From contig JANJGN010000021.1 in assembly GCA_026770705.1 (NCBI GenBank), forward strand, positions 79,670,001 to 79,734,000: a stretch of 64,000 nt of DNA, read 5' to 3'. The translations under genes were made by a program, and so were the position numbers. The stretch comes from Isurus oxyrinchus. Taxonomy: Eukaryota. The first letter of the stretch is position 1. Every line of letters begins with the position of its first letter. This document shows positions 53,401-62,949 of this stretch, piece after piece. The notes under the pieces were generated by a model that was not told the origin of the DNA, did not search any database, and was given only the letters and a program-made list of their open reading frames with translations.

Positions 53401-56400
53401 CGGGTTGCCTCACATCCTTTAAAAAGTACCTGGATGAGCACTTGGCATGTCATAACATTCAAGGCTATGGGCCAAGTGCTGGTAAATGGGATTAGATAGG
53501 TAGGTCAGGTGTTTCTCATGTGTTGGTGCAGACTTGATGGGCCAAAGGGCCTCTTCTGCTCTGTGATTCTGTGATACAACAGCAGATGTTACACACTGCT
53601 GCCTCTGTGCATCGGTGGTGGAAAGAGTGCATGTTTAAGGTGATGGATGGGGTGCCAATCAAGCAGGCTGTTTTGTCCTGGATGGTGTTGAGCCTCTTGA
53701 GGGTTGTTAGAGATGTACTCATCCAGGCAAGTGGAGAATATTCCATCACACTCCTGACTTGTGCCTTGTAAAGAGTGGACAGGCTTTGAGGAGTCAGAAT
53801 TTGAGCTACTCACTGTAGAACTCCCAGCCTCTGACCTGCCCTTGCAGCCACAGTATTTATATGGCTAGTCCAGTTCAGTTTCCAGTCAATGGTAACCCCC
53901 CCAGGATGTTGATAGTGGGGGATTCAGCAATGGTAATGGCATTGAATGTCAAGGGCGATGGTTAGAGTCTCTCGTGTTTGAGATGGTCATTGCCTGGCAC
54001 TTATGTGGCCCAAGTGTTATTGCCAATTATCAGCTGAAGCCTGGATATTGTCCAGGTTTTGCTACATTTGGACATGGACTGCTTCAGTATCTGAGGAGTC
54101 GTGAATGGTGCTGAACATTGTGCAATCATCAGCAAACATCCTGACTTCTGATCTAACGATGGAAGGAAAGTCAGCTGAAGATGGTTGGGCCTAGGACACT
54201 ACCCTAAGGAACTCCTGCAGTGATGTCCTGGAGCTGAGATGATTGACTCCCAACCAACACAACCATCTTCCCTCGTGCTAGTATAACTGCAACCAGCGGA
54301 GAGTTTTTCCACTGATTCCCTAGTTTTTCTGGGGCTCCTTGATGCCACATTCAGTCAAATGCAGCCTTGATGTCAAGGGCAGTCACTCTCACCTCACCTC
54401 TGGAGTTCAGCTTTTATGTCCATGTTTGAACCAAGGCTGTAACAAGGTCAGAAGCTGAGTGGCTCAGACAGAATCCAAACTGGGCATCAAGTGAGCAGGT
54501 TATGGCTAAACAAGTGCCACTTGAAAGCACTATTGATGAACCCTCCAATCACTACTGATGATCGAGAGTAGACTGATGGGGCGGTAATTGGTCAGGTTGG
54601 ATTTGTCCTGTTTTTTGTGTACAGGATATACATATTACCGGGTAGAAGCCAGTGTTGTAGCTGTGCTGGAACAGCTTGACTAGGGGTGTAGCTAGTTCTG
54701 GAGCATAAGTCTTCATTACTATTGCCGCAATGTTGTCAGGGACCATAGTCTTTGCAGCATCCAATGCCTTCAGCCGTTTTTCTTAAATCATGTGAGTGAA
54801 TAGAATTGGCTGAAGATTGGTATCTGTGATGCCGGGGAACTTCGGAGGAGGCTTAGATGGATCATCCACTCGGCACTTCTGGCTGAAGATGGTTGAAATG
54901 TTTCAGTCTTATCTTTTGCACTGATATTTTGGGCTCCCCTTTCACTGAGGATGGGATATTTGTGGATCCTTCTCCTCCAGTGAGTTATTTAATTGTTCAC
55001 CACCATTCATGACTGGATGTGGCAGGACTGCAGAACTTAGATCTGATCCATTTGGTTGTGGATCACTTAGCCCTGTCTATCATTGCTGCTGATGCTGCAA
55101 GTGGTCCTGTGTTGTGACTTCAACAGGTTGACACCTCATTTTTATGAGCTATGCCTGGTGTTGCCCTTGGCATGCCCTTCTGCAGTCCTTATTGAACCAG
55201 GGTTGATCTCCTGACGGTGGGACAGGACATACCCCAGTGATGGTGCTGCCTGGGACACTGTCTGTAAGGTATGATTCCGTGAGGATGACTATGTCAGGTT
55301 GTTGCTTGACAATTCTGTGAGACAGCTCTCCCAATTATGGCAGAAGCTCCCAGATGTTAGTAAGGAGGAGTTTGCAGGGTCGACAGGACTGCGTTTGCTG
55401 TTGGCATTTCCGGTGCCTAGGTTGATGCCAGGAGGTCCATCCGATTTCGTCCTTTTTATAAATTTCATAGTGGTTTGGTGTAACTGAGTGGCTTGCTAGG
55501 CCATTGCAAAGTCAGCCACATTGCTGTGGGTCTGGAGTCACATGTAGGCCAGGCCAGGTGAGGATGGCAGATTTCCTTCCCTTAAAGGGCACCAAGTGGG
55601 TTTTTAGGACCATTAGCAATCGTTTCATGGTCACTATAATCAAGATTAGCTTTTAATTCCTGATTTATTAACTGAGTTTAAATTCCTCCAACTGCCGTGT
55701 TGGGATTTGAACCCATATCCTCCAGAGCATTAGCCTAGGCTCTGGATTACTGGTCTGGTGAAAATACCACTATGCCACCACCTCCCCAAGTCCCAGTTTC
55801 CCAAGTTTCTCCTCATCCCTCACTTCCAATAACAACTGTGAGGAGCTCATGGATGTCTTCGTCATTAAAACTGTGATCATTAATTCAGCTGCCTCTACAG
55901 CTACCCTCGTTCCCTTTTGTTCACCGGGCAAGGCTCCCCATGCCCTAACCTTGACCCCACATCTTACTCTAGTTTCTCTCCTATCTCTGCTCATCCCCTT
56001 TCTGAGTTCATCTTGTCCATGAGACCCACCTCCTGTTCCCTTGATCATTTTCTCAATAAAGTTCCTCTTCTGGTCCCCATGTTAGCAGATATTGATAACA
56101 ATTACCTCTCCTGAAGTACTGTTCCCAACCATTTCAAATATGCCGTCACCAATCACCACCATAACAGATCACCGAGCCTTTTTAAATCAGGATTCTGCCT
56201 CAGCCGCAGTACCGAAACAGCTCTTGTTAAAGTCACTAATGACATCCTATGTGACTGTGACAAGGGTAAAATTTCGCTCCTCATCTTTCTTGACCTATCT
56301 GCAGCCTTTGACACAACTGACTACACCATCTATCTCCAATGCCTCTCCACTGTCATCCAATGGGTGGCACCGCTCTTGCCTGGTTCCATCCTTATCAATC

Positions 56401-59400
56401 TAATTATAGCCAGAAAAATAATTGCAATGCCTTCTCTTCCTACTCCTGCACTGTTACCTCTGGTGTTCCCCAAGTATTCATTCTTGGCTTCCTTCTATTT
56501 CAGATCAAATGAGGCCTCTTAGGCAGCACCTTCCCAACCTGCAACCACTGCCATCTAGAAGGACAAGGACAGCAGATAGATGGGAACATTGCCACCTGGA
56601 AGTTCCCCTCAAAGCCACTCACCATCCTGACTTGGAAATATATCGCTGTTCCTTCACTGTCGCTGGGTCAAAATCCTGGAACTCCCTCCCTAACAGCACT
56701 GTGGGTGTACCTACACCACATGGACTGCAGCGGTTCAAGAAGGCAGCTCACCACCATCTTCTCAAGGGCAATTAGGGATGGACAATAAATGCTGGCCCAG
56801 CCAGCGACATCCACATCCCCTGAATGAATAGAAAAAAGCAATGCTGCCTCTTAGCAACATCACCTGAAAGCACAGCGTTAGTTTTTACATGCAGGCTATG
56901 ACACCCAGCTATCTGACCCTTCAATTGTCTCTGATTTGTCATACTGCTTGTCTGATACAGTGCTGAATGAGTAAAAATTTCCTCTGAATTAATCTTAGGA
57001 AAATCAAATCGATTGTTTTCAGACCACACGTGAAACTCTGTTCCATAGCTATTGAATCCATTCCTCTCCCTAGCCATTGTCTGAGGCTGAATCAGACCAC
57101 AATTTCAGCCTCTTATTTGACCCAGAGCTGAGCTCCTGACTCTGTACTCTCTCCATTACTGAGGCCATCTTCTGGCCTGTCTCAGCCCCTGAGCCAGCTC
57201 AGCTGCTACCCTCATTCATGCCTTTATACACCTAATCCCGACTTTTCCAACATTATCCTAGCCTTTCATCCTCTGTAAACGTGAGCTCATTCAAAACTCT
57301 GCTGCCCAAATCTTAATTTACACCAGCGGCTTTCACCCATCACCTCTATGCTCACTGATCTGTAATGGCTCCCTGTCCAGTAATACCTTAAATTTTAAAT
57401 TCTCATTCTCATGTTCAAATTTATACATTGCCTCACCCTTCCCTATCTCTAGAGTCTCTTTCAGCCGAACAACTCCGATCTTGATGCTCCAACAACACAT
57501 CCTAGAACTCCTTCATCCCCTCTATTGGTAGAAATGCTTTCAGCAGCCTAGGTCCAAGGCACTCAAATAGCTCCCATGAGCTCTCTACCTCTCTCTCCTG
57601 CTTTAAGGAACCACTTAAGATCAATACTTTGACCAAACCTTTAGTAACCCCATATGACTCGATGTCAATTCTTCTCCGACTATACTCCAGTGAAGTGCCT
57701 TATAATGTTGCACCCAAAGCAGAAACACTACCTGAATATCATACAGTCTGCACCCCATGTAATAACACCACACTGATCCCAGTCAGATCAGGATTATTAA
57801 TATACTAACTCACAGTCTGCACTCCCTGTAATAACACCACACTGATCCCAGTCAGATCAGGATTATTAATATACTAACTCACAGTCTGCACTCCCTGTAA
57901 TAACACCACACTGATCCCAGTCAGATCAGGATTATTAATATACTAACTCACAGCCTGCACTCCCTGTAATAACACCACACTGATCCCAGTCAGATCAGGA
58001 TTATTAATATACTAACTCACAGCCTGCACTCCCTGTAATAACACCACACTGATCCCAGTCAGATCAGGATTATTAATATACTAACTCACAGTCTGCACTC
58101 CCTGTAATAACACCACACTGATCCCAGTCAGATCAGGATTATTAATATACTAACTCACAGTCTGCACTCCCTGTAATAACACCACACTGATCCCAGTCAG
58201 ATCAGGATTATTAATATACTAACTCACAGCCTGCACTCCCTGTAATAACACCACACTGATCCCAGTCAGATCAGGATTATTAATATACTAACTCACAGCC
58301 TGCACTCCCTGTAATAACACCACACTGATCCCAGTCAGATCAGGATTATTAATAAAATAACTCACTGCCTGCACTCCCTGTAATAACACCACACTGATCC
58401 CAGTCAGATCAGGATTATTAATAAAATAGCTCACAGTCTGCACTCCCTGTAATAACACCACACTGATCCCAGTCAGATCAGGATTATTAATAAAATAACT
58501 CACAGCCTGCACTCCCTGTAATAACACCACATTGATCCCAGTCAGATCAGGATTATTAATATACTCACAGCCTGCACTCGCTGTATTAACACCACACTGA
58601 TCCCAGTCAGATCAGGATTATTAATAAAATAACTCACTGCCTGCACTCCCTGTAATAACACCACACTGATCCCTGTCAGATCAGGATTATTAATATACTA
58701 ACTCACAGCCTGCACTCCCTGTAATAACACCACGCTGATCCCAGTCAGATCAGGATTATTAATATACTAACTCACAGCCTGCACTCCCTGTAATAACACC
58801 ATGCTGATCCCAATCAGATCAGGATTATTAATATTCTAACTCACAGCCTGCACTCCCTGTAATAACACCACACTGATCCCAGTCAGATCAGGATTATTGA
58901 TATAAGAACTCACAGCCTGCACTCCCTGTAATAACACCACACTGATCCCAGTCAGATCGGGATTATTGAGATAAGAACTCACAGCCTGCACTCCCTGTAA
59001 TAACACCACACTGATCCCAGTCAGATCAGGATTATTAATATACTAACTCACAGCCTGCACTCCCTGTAATAACACCACATTGATCCCAGTCAGATCAGGA
59101 TTATTGATATACGAACTCACAGCCTGCACTCGCTGTAATAACACCACACTGATCCCAGTCAGATCAGGATTATTAATATACTAACTCACAGCCTCCACTC
59201 CCTGTAATAACACCACACTGATCCCAGTCAGATCAGGATTATTAATAAAATAGCTCACAGTCTGCACCCCATGTAATAACACCACACTGATCCCAGTCAG
59301 ATCAGGATTATTAATAAAATAGCTCACAGTCTGCACCCCATGTAATAACACCACACTGATCCCAGTCAGATCAGGATTATTAATAAAATAACTCACAGTC

Positions 59401-60517
59401 TGCACCCCATGTAATAACACCACACTGATCCCAGTCAGATCAGGATTATTGATATAAGAACTCACAGCCTGCACTCGCTGTATTAACACCACACTGATCC
59501 TAGTCAGATCAGGATTATTAATAAAATAACTCAGTCTGCACTCCCCGTAATAACACCACACTGCTCCCAGTCAGATCAGGATTATTAATAAAATAACTCA
59601 CAGTCTGGACTCCCTGTAATAACACCACACTGATCTCAGTCAGATCAGGATTATTAATAAAATAGCTCACAGTCTGCACTCCCTGTAATAACACCACATT
59701 GATCCCAGTCAGATCAGGATTATTAATAAAATAACTCACTGCCTGCACTCCCTGTAATAACACCACATTGATCCCAGTCAGATCAGGATTATTAATAAAA
59801 TAACTCACTACCTGCACTCCCTGTAATAACACCACACTGATCCCAATCAGATCAGGATTATTAATAAAATAGCTCACAGTCTGCACTCCCTGTAATAACA
59901 CCACACTGATCCCAGTCAGATCAGGATTATTAATAAAATAGCTCACATTCTACAATCCCTGTAATAACACAACATTGATCCCAGTCAGATCAGGATTATT
60001 AATAAAATAACTCACAGTCTGCACCCCATGTAATAACACCACACTTATCCCAGTCAGATCAGGATTATTAATAAAATAACTCACAGTCTGGACTCCCTGT
60101 AATAACACCACACTGATCTCAGTCAGATCAGGATTATTAATAAAATAACTCACAGTCTGGACTCCCTGTAATAACACCACACTGCTCCCAGTCAGATCGG
60201 GATTATTAATAAAATAACTCACAGTCTGGACTCCCTGTAATAACACCACATTGATCCCAGTCAGATCAGGATTATTAATAAAATAACTCACTGCCTGAAT
60301 CCCTGTAATAACACCACACTGATCCCAATCAGATCAGAATTATTAATAAAATAACTCAGTCTGCACTCCTATAATAACACCATATTGACTCCAGGGAGAT
60401 TGGATATTAATATCTTAATCTATGTAAACTTTTATTACTTAACAACTCACATTCTCCAGCCCTGGCTCCATGAATTAAAACGAGCGCCAACACAGTAAAG
60501 TATCTCCCAGCTTCCAT
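14317..60517 (-). CDS. mhc2a: MHC class II alpha chain gene, spliced CDS join(60451-60517, 46966-47214, 22244-22525, 14317-14462), 247 aa
   Basis: Four exons with GT-AG boundaries and phase-1 junctions join in frame (67+249+282+146=744 nt). The product is signal peptide, alpha1, alpha2 Ig-C1 and CP/TM/cytoplasmic tail, and closely resembles shark class II alpha chains as I recall them. Confidence 0.96.
15560..15975 (+). repeat. Degenerate ~45-50 bp minisatellite
   Basis: Recurring GGGGCAGTGGGATTAGTTTGGGATTGATACAGGG motif. Confidence 0.7.
16660..17650 (-). mobile_element. Harbinger-derived relic
   Basis: GGGCGGAATC terminus; minus-strand Myb-like 'QCRKKMNDL'-type exon relic at about 17295-17500. 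Confidence 0.55.
18355..18497 (+). mobile_element. Penelope-like 3' tail with hammerhead core
   Basis: CTGAAGAAGGGTCAAACGGACTTGAAATGTTAAC plus the conserved tail. Confidence 0.75.
19268..19420 (+). repeat. 37-bp tandem repeat, about 4 copies
   Basis: GGAGGTTGTATGGGTCCCATGTTGACAGTAGTCTTGA variants. Confidence 0.8.
19580..20070. mobile_element. HER1-like LINE fragments (two orientations)
   Basis: [15 protein letters not shown] on plus; minus-strand segment similar to 54820-55080. Confidence 0.7.
20586..22219. mobile_element. Penelope-like element, head-to-head inverted GIY-YIG arms (older copy)
   Basis: [27 protein letters not shown] on both strands, junction at about 21110; the tail ends about 25 bp from the exon 3 donor. 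Confidence 0.88.
22244..22525 (-). CDS. mhc2a: MHC IIA exon 3 (alpha2 Ig C1 domain)
   Basis: 282 nt, VPPQIAMYS...[19 protein letters not shown]...[13 protein letters not shown]...FW, with the C-W-C Ig C1 signature, CAG acceptor and GTGAGT donor. Confidence 0.97.
23070..26700 (+). mobile_element. Decayed CR1 LINE with nested RTE-like fragment (about 23740-24460), Penelope tail (23430-23553) and purine-rich repeat
   Basis: CR1 ORF2 relics and tail at about 26690; [19 protein letters not shown] and [15 protein letters not shown] (RTE-type RT). Confidence 0.7.
26949..28768. mobile_element. Young palindromic Penelope-like insertion with 14-bp TSD
   Basis: About 850-bp near-identical inverted arms, both encoding the GIY-YIG domain; TAAACTTTCTACAG at 26935-26948 and 28769-28782. 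Confidence 0.93.
29350..30070. mobile_element. Harbinger-type MITE
   Basis: Ends AAAATCCTGGCCC; internal motifs shared with 49510-50030 and 51020-51492. Confidence 0.55.
30200..31170 (-). mobile_element. CR1 fragment with nested SINE-like and Penelope inserts
   Basis: CR1 3' sequence; inserts at about 30530-30690 and 30744-30991. Confidence 0.7.
30744..30991. mobile_element. Mini palindromic Penelope-like insertion with 13-bp TSD
   Basis: TTCCATTAGCCTT at 30731-30743 and 30992-31004; inverted tails, each with CTGATGA. Confidence 0.85.
31500..33840 (-). mobile_element. Gypsy LTR retrotransposon pol relic
   Basis: [28 protein letters not shown] (RNase H) and integrase relics. Confidence 0.8.
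33845..35756 (-). mobile_element. CR1 LINE ORF2 (left flank of the ERV)
   Basis: [41 protein letters not shown]; tail at 33845. Confidence 0.92.
35757..36188 (+). repeat. ERV 5' LTR (432 bp)
   Basis: TGTGGTGGCC...CTCTGACA, direct repeat of 44029-44489; AATAAA at 36135. Confidence 0.93.
36195..36212 (+). other. Primer binding site, tRNA-Gln
   Basis: TGGAGGTTCCACCGAGAT, an 18-nt complement of the tRNA-Gln 3' end, just downstream of the 5' LTR. Confidence 0.92.
36691..38390 (+). pseudogene. gag: ERV gag (frameshifted)
   Basis: Fragments with PPPY late domain, WTPSELRAI capsid segment, QKPDE MHR-like motif, and [13 protein letters not shown] zinc knuckle at about 38220-38265. Confidence 0.88.
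38391..42431 (+). pseudogene. pol: ERV pro-pol (PR, 2H phosphoesterase-like insert, RT, RNase H, IN), frameshifted
   Basis: [10 protein letters not shown] and NLLGRELL (PR); [35 protein letters not shown] (RT); LFVDG and [10 protein letters not shown] (RH); [24 protein letters not shown] (IN). Confidence 0.92.
42442..43989 (+). pseudogene. env: ERV env, single reading frame with one internal stop
   Basis: Signal peptide, CWIF (CXXC relic), KTHKR furin site, [26 protein letters not shown] helix. ORFs 42442-42960 and 43069-43989 are in the same frame, separated only by TGA at 42958. Confidence 0.93.
44029..44489 (+). repeat. ERV 3' LTR (461 bp), preceded by PPT
   Basis: PPT AAAAGGGGGG at 44015-44024; LTR TGTGG...CCTACA; AATAAA at 44436. 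Confidence 0.93.
44490..44970 (-). mobile_element. CR1 LINE ORF1 end (right flank of the ERV)
   Basis: Minus strand encodes a CR1 ORF1 esterase-like segment ([24 protein letters not shown]). Confidence 0.75.
45410..46065 (+). mobile_element. CR1 3' end followed by HE1-like SINE
   Basis: [17 protein letters not shown] and CR1 tail at about 45745, then SINE motifs. Confidence 0.8.
46966..47214 (-). CDS. mhc2a: MHC IIA exon 2 (alpha1 peptide-binding domain)
   Basis: (TC)n-ACACAG acceptor, then 249 nt encoding [46 protein letters not shown]...[12 protein letters not shown], then donor G|GTAAG. The DGDE-x-FY-x-DF motif is typical of class II alpha1. Confidence 0.96.
48957..49463. mobile_element. 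Non-autonomous element with ~80-bp inverted termini containing hammerhead cores
   Basis: TTGCTGAAAAGAGAGACATGTT...CTTGCACTCATCAGG mirrored by TGAGTACAAGACGAAAAGCTTCAGCAACGTATCTCCCTTTTCAGCAA. Confidence 0.7.
49909..51019. repeat. Perfect 368-bp inverted duplication (49909-50276 / 50652-51019), 375-bp spacer
   Basis: The arms read as exact reverse complements by eye. Confidence 0.95.
51505..53050 (-). mobile_element. Gypsy relic (gag and PBS-like site)
   Basis: [17 protein letters not shown] gag start; similar to 6500-6900; TGGTGTACAGCAGTG PBS-like at about 52974-52988. Confidence 0.65.
53225..53575 (+). mobile_element. CR1 3' fragment
   Basis: [26 protein letters not shown]. Confidence 0.85.
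53585..55790 (-). mobile_element. HER1-like LINE relic plus HE1-like SINE (55480-55790)
   Basis: [43 protein letters not shown]. Confidence 0.8.
55790..57700 (+). mobile_element. L2-type LINE relic interrupted by a HER1 3' end (about 56520-56840)
   Basis: LDLSAAFDT-type RT segment at about 56290, GVPQ, and L2 3' motifs (CAAAACTCTGCTGCC). Confidence 0.7.
57743..60415. repeat. 69-bp minisatellite, about 38-39 copies, in MHC IIA intron 1
   Basis: Unit ACTCACAG(C/T)CTGCACTCCCTGTAATAACACCACACTGATCCCAGTCAGATCAGGATTATTAAT(ATACTA/AAAATA). Confidence 0.97.
60451..60517 (-). CDS. mhc2a: MHC IIA exon 1 (signal peptide [22 protein letters not shown])
   Basis: ATG at 60517, hydrophobic leader, donor T|GTGAGT at 60450, phase 1 matching exon 2. 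X/Y boxes lie about 160-200 bp upstream. Confidence 0.92.
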
Positions 60518-60673
60518 TCTAACCCTCTTGTTTTTCCTAGTTGAGATCAGATATCCTTCAGTGCCAGCTCCTTTTCGTCTGCTGCCAGTTTCTCACCCTG
60601 AAGTTCAGTTTCTATCTCACTCACTTTACTGAAGTATCACTCTGTAATTGACATGTGCTTTAGCATTAATAAG

Positions 60674-60714
60674 CCAATCACAAATTGAGATCTCCTCCAT
60701 CAGCTGTTTCCAGG
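60674..60714 (-). promoter_or_regulatory. MHC class II X box and Y box (SXY module)
   Basis: Minus strand reads CCTGGAAACAGCTG (X-like, 60701-60714), a 19-bp spacer, then GTGATTGG (Y/inverted CCAAT, 60674-60681). This is the canonical X-Y spacing. Confidence 0.85.
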
Positions 60715-60811
60715 TGAAATTCAAGCCTGTTCTGAATTTCTTCAAATGAGCCTTGAGTTTGTTTTATTTGAGAAAGAATAGCAATGAGATGTATTTTTTT
60801 TATTAACAGAA

Positions 60812-61090
60812 TAAATCTCCCTCTATATTGTCCCATCAAACACTTCCAGGGCAGGTACAGCACAGGCTAGATACATAGTAATGTTCCCGCTAGATTGTCC
60901 CATCAAACACTCTCAAGGCAGGTACAGCATAGAGTTAGATACAGGGTAAAACTCCCTCCACACTGACCCATCAAACACTCCCAGGACAGGTACAGCATGG
61001 GGTTAGATTCTGAGTAAAGCTCTCTCTACACTATCCCCATCAAACACTCCCAGGACAGGTACAGCACGGGGTTAGATACAAATTAAATCT
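60812..61090. repeat. ~68-bp minisatellite, 4 copies, upstream of the promoter
   Basis: CCCATCAAACACTCCCAGGACAGGTACAGCACGGGGTTAGATACAGAGTAAAGCT variants; CATCAAA recurs at 60834, 60901, 60969 and 61038. Confidence 0.9.
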
Positions 61091-61329
61091 GTGCTCTGTT
61101 GCCTAAAATCAGAAGATTACCCTGACTGCACAAATATGATGCTTTCTTCTCAAACCAGAAAACATAGTCTAGATTTTTATCCTGTGCATTTTATGTACAT
61201 TCTATTATCTGTTAAATGTTGATGGGAAGCCATGAGCAATTTGTGCCCAAAATTCTGATAGGCAGTCCGAAAAGGAAAATGTGTTATTGATATGCATTTC
61301 AGAAAATAATCCACTCCTCTTCAATATGA

Positions 61330-61430
61330 AATCAAAACAAAATATGCTGGAAATACTCAGCAGGTCAGGCAGCATCTATGGAGAGAAAACAAAGTTAACG
61401 TTTCAGCTCAAGTTGACCTTCCATGACTGT
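61330..61430 (-). mobile_element. Penelope-like tail
   Basis: GCTGGAAATACTCAGCAGGTCAGGCAGCATC...GTTAACGTTTC. Confidence 0.75.
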
Positions 61431-62722
61431 CTTTAATCTGTTTGAATTGAGTTGATATTGTCACTAACACTGAATTAGAACAGTTTAATGTTATGAGAGC
61501 TGGGTTAAGAATGTTCACACTCATTTGGAAAAGACTATTATAGCTAATAGACTGAACAAACCTGCCTGTTCAACAGGGATGGATCTGAATCCCCAACCAA
61601 GATATGAATGTCTATGAGGTGTCTGTCTCACACACTCCAACCTGTTTACATCCAACAACTGACTGAGAAATTATAAGACCTGATTGTATTCTGACTCTGC
61701 CTGTACAAGTGATGGGTTAGGAGAATCAGAATGAATTAATGGATACCACTTTGATTCTTATTACTGGCAGTGGGTTGCCATTAAATCAGCTTCTTCTGAC
61801 CAACTGGGGTAGGTTTGGAGTAGTGAATATGTAGAAAACCATCTAAGATGGGAGTGCAAATGAACCATAGTGAATCATTAGCCTGTTTTACACACTATCC
61901 TATCTCCTTTCCCATTGAGCTGAATATGTCAGCAATTGAATGAGTGATGAAATAAACAAACCATTGTCCATTTTGCACAACATCTGAAGACCAATTTGTA
62001 TCCCAGTGATTGCTGAGAGTGTTAGAGGCTCAGACACAATTACCATCTCAATATGCTGTGTGTTTCTGTAGCTTGTGACTGGAGGAGTTCAGTTTCTCCA
62101 TATATGTTACAGAATGAGAATCTCTGAGTAACTGGTGCCACTTAAACAAGCCTTGAACTACCGCATAAATATTTAGTTCAGATTACTCCAATAGCCATTC
62201 TGAACACAGGCTGGCTGAGGATCAGCTGTCACTGGGACAAGTGTTTAATCCTAACCCGTGTGGAATGTTTAAAGTTGAATTTCAGCCTGTGATAAACTTT
62301 ACAATATCTCCCCCTGCAGGAGGAGATTTACATTCTCAAATTAATCCAGTTACAAACGCTGAGGTAAGATTGGTTCACCCCAGGCTTAGTAGTGAGGGAG
62401 CAGCCAGCTTTACACCGCATTACATTTACCTTCTGTTAATTTAATTGGAGATGAAAATGGCTGCAAGATTCAGCTGTTTTTTGGTGGCTCTATTGCTACA
62501 GGATCTGGTTGTTGTGAAGGTCACAGGGGGCAGGGGAGTTGCTCCCAGTTACTTATGACATAGCCTGCACCAGTATCCATACCATGGAGGATGAGTGTCC
62601 TGTGAGTATGCCAGAGGTGTGCACAGTGGCAGGTCGTGATGTCAGTATGTAACACTGATTTATTGCCCAACCTGCCATTCTGGACCTGGCCTCTCCTGTT
62701 ATCGCCCTCTGACAAACACGTA

Positions 62723-62850
62723 AGGTGGAATTTTACAGCCTTGTCCTGGCGGGGGAGGGGCTGGAAAATGTGGCAAACTGTTCAAAAATCCATTGATTTT
62801 GGTGGGACCGGAAAATGCCACCGGTGGAGGGGGCCATAAAATTCCACCCA
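62723..62850. mobile_element. Tiny Harbinger-type MITE
   Basis: TIRs GGTGGAATTTTA...TAAAATTCCACC flanked by TAA. Confidence 0.7.
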
Positions 62851-62949
62851 TAATGTTGTTTAAAAACAGAAGGGAGTGGTACTGGATGTTTGGAGTGAGT
62901 TCTGTGCATCTACAAGGCCTCTGAGGTCACCACTTGCTCCCAGTCATCG

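Noticed and set aside
57743-60415. CRISPR-like array or repeat-protein ORFs ([23 protein letters not shown])n
   Set aside because: Contiguous units without unique spacers in eukaryotic DNA. The ORFs arise because the unit is a multiple of 3, and they are broken by stops.
60720-60745. S/W box of the class II promoter
   Set aside because: Only a weak GAACAGG-like match; not supportable by eye.
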